A DNA stretch of 38,258 bases from NCBI GenBank assembly GCA_021798745.1, contig JAJZBW010000003.1, positions 1 to 38,258 on the forward strand. Reading direction: 5' to 3'. A model generated the notes under the pieces. That model saw nothing but the letters and a program-made list of their open reading frames with translations, had not been told where the DNA came from and searched no databases. Made by a program: the position numbers and the translations under genes. Position 1 is the stretch's first letter; every line of letters starts with the position of its first letter. Origin of the DNA: Actinomycetes bacterium. Its GTDB lineage: Bacteria; Actinomycetota; Acidimicrobiia; Acidimicrobiales; Bog-793. Of the stretch, positions 34,468 through 38,258 are shown in pieces.

Positions 34468-35828
34468 GATATGTGCCCGGTCCAGGCCATGTCGCGTAGC
34501 CGCTTCACGTCGGGAAGGTGCCGCAGCTGTCCGAGGAGGTCCGCCGCACCCGAGGCGCCGAGCTGCGCGCCGGTGAGGTCCGAGAACTTCGCCCACAGCT
34601 CCGCGTCGGACAGCGGATCGTCGGGATCGCCCTTCCTTGTCGACCGCTCGCTGACGAGACGGCGACCGTCACGGCACACCGCCGTGAGGCGCGCCGCTCG
34701 CTGCTGGGGGTAGTGCGCGTCGAGGTCGGGCTCGACGCTCAGGTGTACTCGCCCCATCACCGCTCGCACGTCCGCGTCGGCGCATGCCTCCTCGGTGAAG
34801 GCGCTCAGGCGCACGCCGCCGCGCACGAGCGCCGACGCCACGCAGTACGGGATGGAGAACTTCGCCTCAAAGGGGCTGCGAGGATCGGCGATCCCCGCGA
34901 CCTTGAGCGCCGCGGCATACGTCTCGACCTTCACCGCCGCGACGTCGTTCCAGTCGAGCCCGCCGGCGCGCAGCTCGAGCGCGCCGTCGACGGGCGCGAA
35001 CGCGTGACCGCAGCACGAGTGGCTCTTCACGGTCGGGCGCGTCACGCACGGGGCGCGCCCGGGATCGGCGAGCACCGTCTCGAGCCCCGCGCGCGTCGAC
35101 ATCGCGGCAAAGAAGCCCGCCTCGCCCTCGAGCACGTCGAGCGCGCCGGTGACGCCGGCCTTCGCGGCGAGAGCAGCGAGCGTGCCGCCCTCGGCTGCTC
35201 GGCCCGAATGCAGCGGCTTGCTCATCGCATCGGAGCGGAACGCCTGCTGCAGGCCGGCCGCCATCGTGGCAGCGGTCGCGAGCGCGTGGGCAACGCCCTC
35301 GGCGCCGAGGCCGAGCGCCACTGCACCGGCGGCCGCCGCTCCGAGCGTCCCCACGGTGCCGGTCGTGTGCCAGTAGACGTAGTGGGTCGGGTTCACCGCA
35401 GCAGCGAGTCGACAGCCGACCTCGAATCCCGCGATCACGGCCCGGACGAGCTCCTCTCCCGACCCGTCGCTGTCCTCGAGGAGCGCGAGAGCGGCGGCGA
35501 TCGTCGGCGCACCGGGATGGTAGAGACCGTCGCGGTAGATGTCGTCGAGCTCGGCGACATGAGCTGCCGTGCCGTTCACGAGGGCCGCCGAGCACGGATC
35601 GACCGACGCACCTGTGGTCGCGAGGCGCGCGCCCCCCGCCGACCGGCGCTCCGCCACGACCGCGGTGAGCAGACCGGGTGCCCCAAGCGGGACGCCGGCG
35701 AGGGTCGCCGCCATCCAGTCGACGACGACCCGTGTGGTCGCGTGCGCGATCTGCTCGTCGAGGGGCTCCGTCCTCCAGCGAACGGCGAGCTCGGCGAGCT
35801 CCTGCACAAGTGACGTCATGTCGTTCAC
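34464..35828 (-). CDS. MmgE/PrpD family protein
   Basis: NGTAAHVAELDD, YHPG, GFEVG, WHTTGT, SKPLHSG, KSHSCCGHAF, EAKFSIPY and KGDPDDPLS..KF. Confidence 0.93.
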   Translation of the reverse strand: MNDMTSLVQELAELAVRWRTEPLDEQIAHATTRVVVDWMAATLAGVPLGAPGLLTAVVAERRSAGGARLATTGASVDPCSAALVNGTAAHVAELDDIYRDGLYHPGAPTIAAALALLEDSDGSGEELVRAVIAGFEVGCRLAAAVNPTHYVYWHTTGTVGTLGAAAAGAVALGLGAEGVAHALATAATMAAGLQQAFRSDAMSKPLHSGRAAEGGTLAALAAKAGVTGALDVLEGEAGFFAAMSTRAGLETVLADPGRAPCVTRPTVKSHSCCGHAFAPVDGALELRAGGLDWNDVAAVKVETYAAALKVAGIADPRSPFEAKFSIPYCVASALVRGGVRLSAFTEEACADADVRAVMGRVHLSVEPDLDAHYPQQRAARLTAVCRDGRRLVSERSTRKGDPDDPLSDAELWAKFSDLTGAQLGASGAADLLGQLRHLPDVKRLRDMAWTGHIS

Positions 35829-35841
35829 ACCTCGCCGTGGA

Positions 35842-37467
35842 CTAGAACTGCGACTCGTACTGCGCCGGGTCGATGCGCGCCTCGATGACCAGCGGCCGGG
35901 ACCGCTGCGTGGCGTCGGTCATCGCCTCCTCGAGCTCCGCGGCTGTGACGACTCGCGTGGCGTCACAGCCCATCGCTTCGACCATCGCGGCGACATCCAT
36001 CTCCGCCATGCGCGTCGCCGTGCTCGGGTACCCGCGCTGCATCTGCTTGAGCTCGATGCGGTTGAGGCTCCCGTCGATCATCACGACCACGACGAGAGGG
36101 AGCTTCAGCTCGACAGCGAGGCGCAGCTCGGTCGCCGCCATCGCGAAACCGCCATCGCCGACGAAAGCCACGACAGAGCAGCGATCGTCGACAAGCTGGG
36201 CGCCGATCGCGCCAGGAATGCCGAACCCCATCGACGAGAGGCCGTTCGTCATGAGCACGCTGCGCGGCTCCTCGGCGCGCCAGCCCTGACCGACGAGGAG
36301 CTTGTGCGAACCGACGTCGCAGGTGATCACGGTGCCCGCCGGGACGGCAGCACCGACGATGTCGACGACGTCGGTCGGGTTGAGCTTGCCTGCCTCGCGC
36401 CCGAGGTAGTAGGCGTTCCGCAGGTTGCTGCGGTGGGCTGCCACCTCGGCCTCGCTCCAGAAACCCCTCCCCCGCCAGGCTGAGGTGACCGCCTCGACGC
36501 CCCAGGTGAGGTTGCCGATCAGCTCCTCTGCCGCGTAGTAGATCTGGTCGGTGTTGGCGAGGCTGTCGATGTGGAGCACGGGGAGGCGCATCGTCCAGGG
36601 ACGAATGAGCTCGACCGCATCGAAACCCGCCGTGACGATCAGGTCCGCGCTGGCGACGAACTTCCAGACGACCTGGTCACAGGCCATGTCGAGCGTCCCG
36701 GCGAACATCGGGTGTGATTCAGGGAACACCCCCTTCGCCATGGGGGCGACGACCACGGGAGCCGAAGCCGACTCCGCGAGCTCGACGAGCGCCTTCGTCG
36801 CCTCGGCACGCACGGCCCCGATGCCCGCGAGGATGACGGGCCGACGCGCGTGGCGCAGCGACGCCAAGGGGACGTCCCCACCCGCGTCCAACGCAAGGGG
36901 TGCCCCACCGACGACGCTCGGCAACGCAGCGACCTCCGCCTCCCCCGCAGGGCTCGCGAACACGTCGCCCCCGCCCGTGAGGTGGACTGCTCCCGGACGC
37001 TCTGCGGTCGCGAGACGGAGGGCCTTGCGCATGATCGTGCACGCTGACGCGGGCTCAAGCGTGCCCGCCCACTTCGTGACCGGACTGTACAGCGCACGGT
37101 GGTCCACGACCTGGTGGGTGAAGAACTGCTCGCGGCTGCGCTCGATCTGCCCGGAGATCGCGAGCATCGGCACGCGGTCGAGCGTCGCCGCCGCGACACC
37201 GTTCACGAGGGCCGTCGAGCCCGGCCCGAGAGTCGACACGCACACACCGAGCCGTCCCGTGCGCATGGCCTGTCCCTCGGCCATGAACGCTGCGCTCGCC
37301 TCCCGCCGCGCGAGGACGACATCGAGCTCCTCGCGGCGCATCTCCTCGAGCAGGTCGATGATCGGGTCACCCGGGTAGACGAAGCTGTGCCTCACGCCTG
37401 CGCGCTTCAGATGGCGGGCGACCATCGCTGCCACCGTCGGTGCGCTGTCGCCCGCCTCCGCGCTCAC
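35842..37467 (-). CDS. Thiamine-diphosphate-dependent enzyme (acetolactate synthase-like / 2-oxo-acid decarboxylase family)
   Basis: YPG, RREASAAFMA, STLGPG, HQ, PGAVHL, DVGSH, SMGFGIPGAIGA and the GDGGFAM..N ThDP motif. Confidence 0.92.
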   Translation of the reverse strand: MSAEAGDSAPTVAAMVARHLKRAGVRHSFVYPGDPIIDLLEEMRREELDVVLARREASAAFMAEGQAMRTGRLGVCVSTLGPGSTALVNGVAAATLDRVPMLAISGQIERSREQFFTHQVVDHRALYSPVTKWAGTLEPASACTIMRKALRLATAERPGAVHLTGGGDVFASPAGEAEVAALPSVVGGAPLALDAGGDVPLASLRHARRPVILAGIGAVRAEATKALVELAESASAPVVVAPMAKGVFPESHPMFAGTLDMACDQVVWKFVASADLIVTAGFDAVELIRPWTMRLPVLHIDSLANTDQIYYAAEELIGNLTWGVEAVTSAWRGRGFWSEAEVAAHRSNLRNAYYLGREAGKLNPTDVVDIVGAAVPAGTVITCDVGSHKLLVGQGWRAEEPRSVLMTNGLSSMGFGIPGAIGAQLVDDRCSVVAFVGDGGFAMAATELRLAVELKLPLVVVVMIDGSLNRIELKQMQRGYPSTATRMAEMDVAAMVEAMGCDATRVVTAAELEEAMTDATQRSRPLVIEARIDPAQYESQF

Positions 37468-38177
37468 GCGTCGTCCTCCGTCACCGCAGCGCCGGTGCCG
37501 TCGAGGTAGACGACTCCGCCCTTTTGAAGGGTCTCCCGCATGGTTCCCGTGTCGAGCGTGAGTGCCCCCGCAGCGTACCTCTCCCGAACGTCGATCTCAC
37601 GTGCTTGCCGCCGTCGCCCGGCGCTCAGCACCTCCGCGACGGCGTCCCGCTCGACCGCGACCACACCGTCGTCGTCGCCGACGACCACGTCGCCCGGCGC
37701 GACGACGACTCCACCACAGCTCACAGGGACGTTCACGTAGCCGAGACCTGCCTTCGTCGTGCCAAGCGCAGAGACCGTCCGGGCGAAGACGGGTAGGCCC
37801 ATCGCGCGCACCTGGACGATGTCGCGCACCCCGGCGTCGAGGACCACGCCAGCGAGGCCCCGGGCGACACAGACGGTCGCGAGGAGCTCGCCGAGCATGC
37901 CGTGCAACGACGGCGCGGTGACGGCGACCACCAACACGTCTCCGGGGCGACACACCTCGAGAGCAGCGTGGATCATCAGGTTGTCACCGGCGTAGTTGAG
38001 GCACGTCACGGCCGGGCCGCCCGCATCCGAGCCGGGCACCATCGAGGAGATCCCCGACAGGAGGCCGCGGCGCCGATAGGCCTCGTGCACGGTCGCCGTT
38101 CCGAGCTGTGCGAGCTCGCGCACCTCGTCACCCGGAGGCCGGGTGACCGCTCGGACGATCGTGGGTTGATAGGGCAC
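37464..38177 (-). CDS. HMG/CHA aldolase, RraA family (LigK-like)
   Basis: LGTATVHEA, GPAVT, GDNLMIHAA, GMLGELLAT, GVRD and PGDVVVGDDDGVV. AAGGAGGAG upstream. Confidence 0.9.
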   Translation of the reverse strand: MPYQPTIVRAVTRPPGDEVRELAQLGTATVHEAYRRRGLLSGISSMVPGSDAGGPAVTCLNYAGDNLMIHAALEVCRPGDVLVVAVTAPSLHGMLGELLATVCVARGLAGVVLDAGVRDIVQVRAMGLPVFARTVSALGTTKAGLGYVNVPVSCGGVVVAPGDVVVGDDDGVVAVERDAVAEVLSAGRRRQAREIDVRERYAAGALTLDTGTMRETLQKGGVVYLDGTGAAVTEDDA

Positions 38178-38214
38178 GCGACTCCTCCTTCACGAGCGAC
38201 GCAGACTTCTCCCG

Positions 38215-38258
38215 CTACGCGCGCGCACCCTTCGGCAGCACGCCAGAGCGCTCCAGTC
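38215..38258 (-). CDS. Probable 3' end of an upstream gene of the same operon, truncated by the window
   Basis: The minus strand reads ...LERSGVLPKGARA* and ends just before the aldolase SD. Too short to identify. Confidence 0.35.
   Translation of the reverse strand, partial: LERSGVLPKGARA

Noticed and set aside
35842-37467. Anabolic ilvB
   Set aside because: No ilvN or ilvC adjacent, and it lies in a catabolic operon.
37464-38177. Protocatechuate 4,5-cleavage (lig) cluster or RNase E inhibitor
   Set aside because: No ligAB, ligC, ligI or ligJ-like genes are visible in the window. Aldolase-type motifs and the operon context favour an enzyme of another pathway.

Overview
Very GC-rich, gene-dense window whose proteins, GTG/TGA-coupled operons and leaderless-type starts look actinobacterial (possibly Acidimicrobiia; inferred). 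The first ~19 kb holds mixed metabolic genes: idi, an aldo/keto reductase, a PAS-GGDEF cyclase, glutamine synthetase II, an SDR/SIP/flavin-reductase operon, a polar amino-acid ABC operon with a GNAT, AlkA, a GalT-like HIT protein, SulP, a D,D-carboxypeptidase, a secreted GH26 and a radical SAM/SPASM enzyme. At 19.4-27.1 kb is an ArsR plus six-gene energy-converting-hydrogenase-related (Ehr) operon, collinear with M. tuberculosis Rv0081-Rv0087; its large subunit lacks the Ni-binding cysteines. At 28.6-38.2 kb is a catabolic cluster (FAH, tcuA, tcuB, GntR, ALDH, MmgE/PrpD, ThDP enzyme, HMG/RraA aldolase) that I do not recognise as a described pathway. Notable non-coding signals: a 59-bp tandem duplication that creates a translational relay mini-ORF inside the Ehr operon, an isolated 29-32-29 repeat-spacer-repeat unit, and candidate GlnR/PhoP, DosR/OsdR, ArsR and GntR operators. 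I saw no rRNA, tRNA, transposase, integrase or cas genes. All calls come from reading the sequence and motifs by eye; no searches were run.
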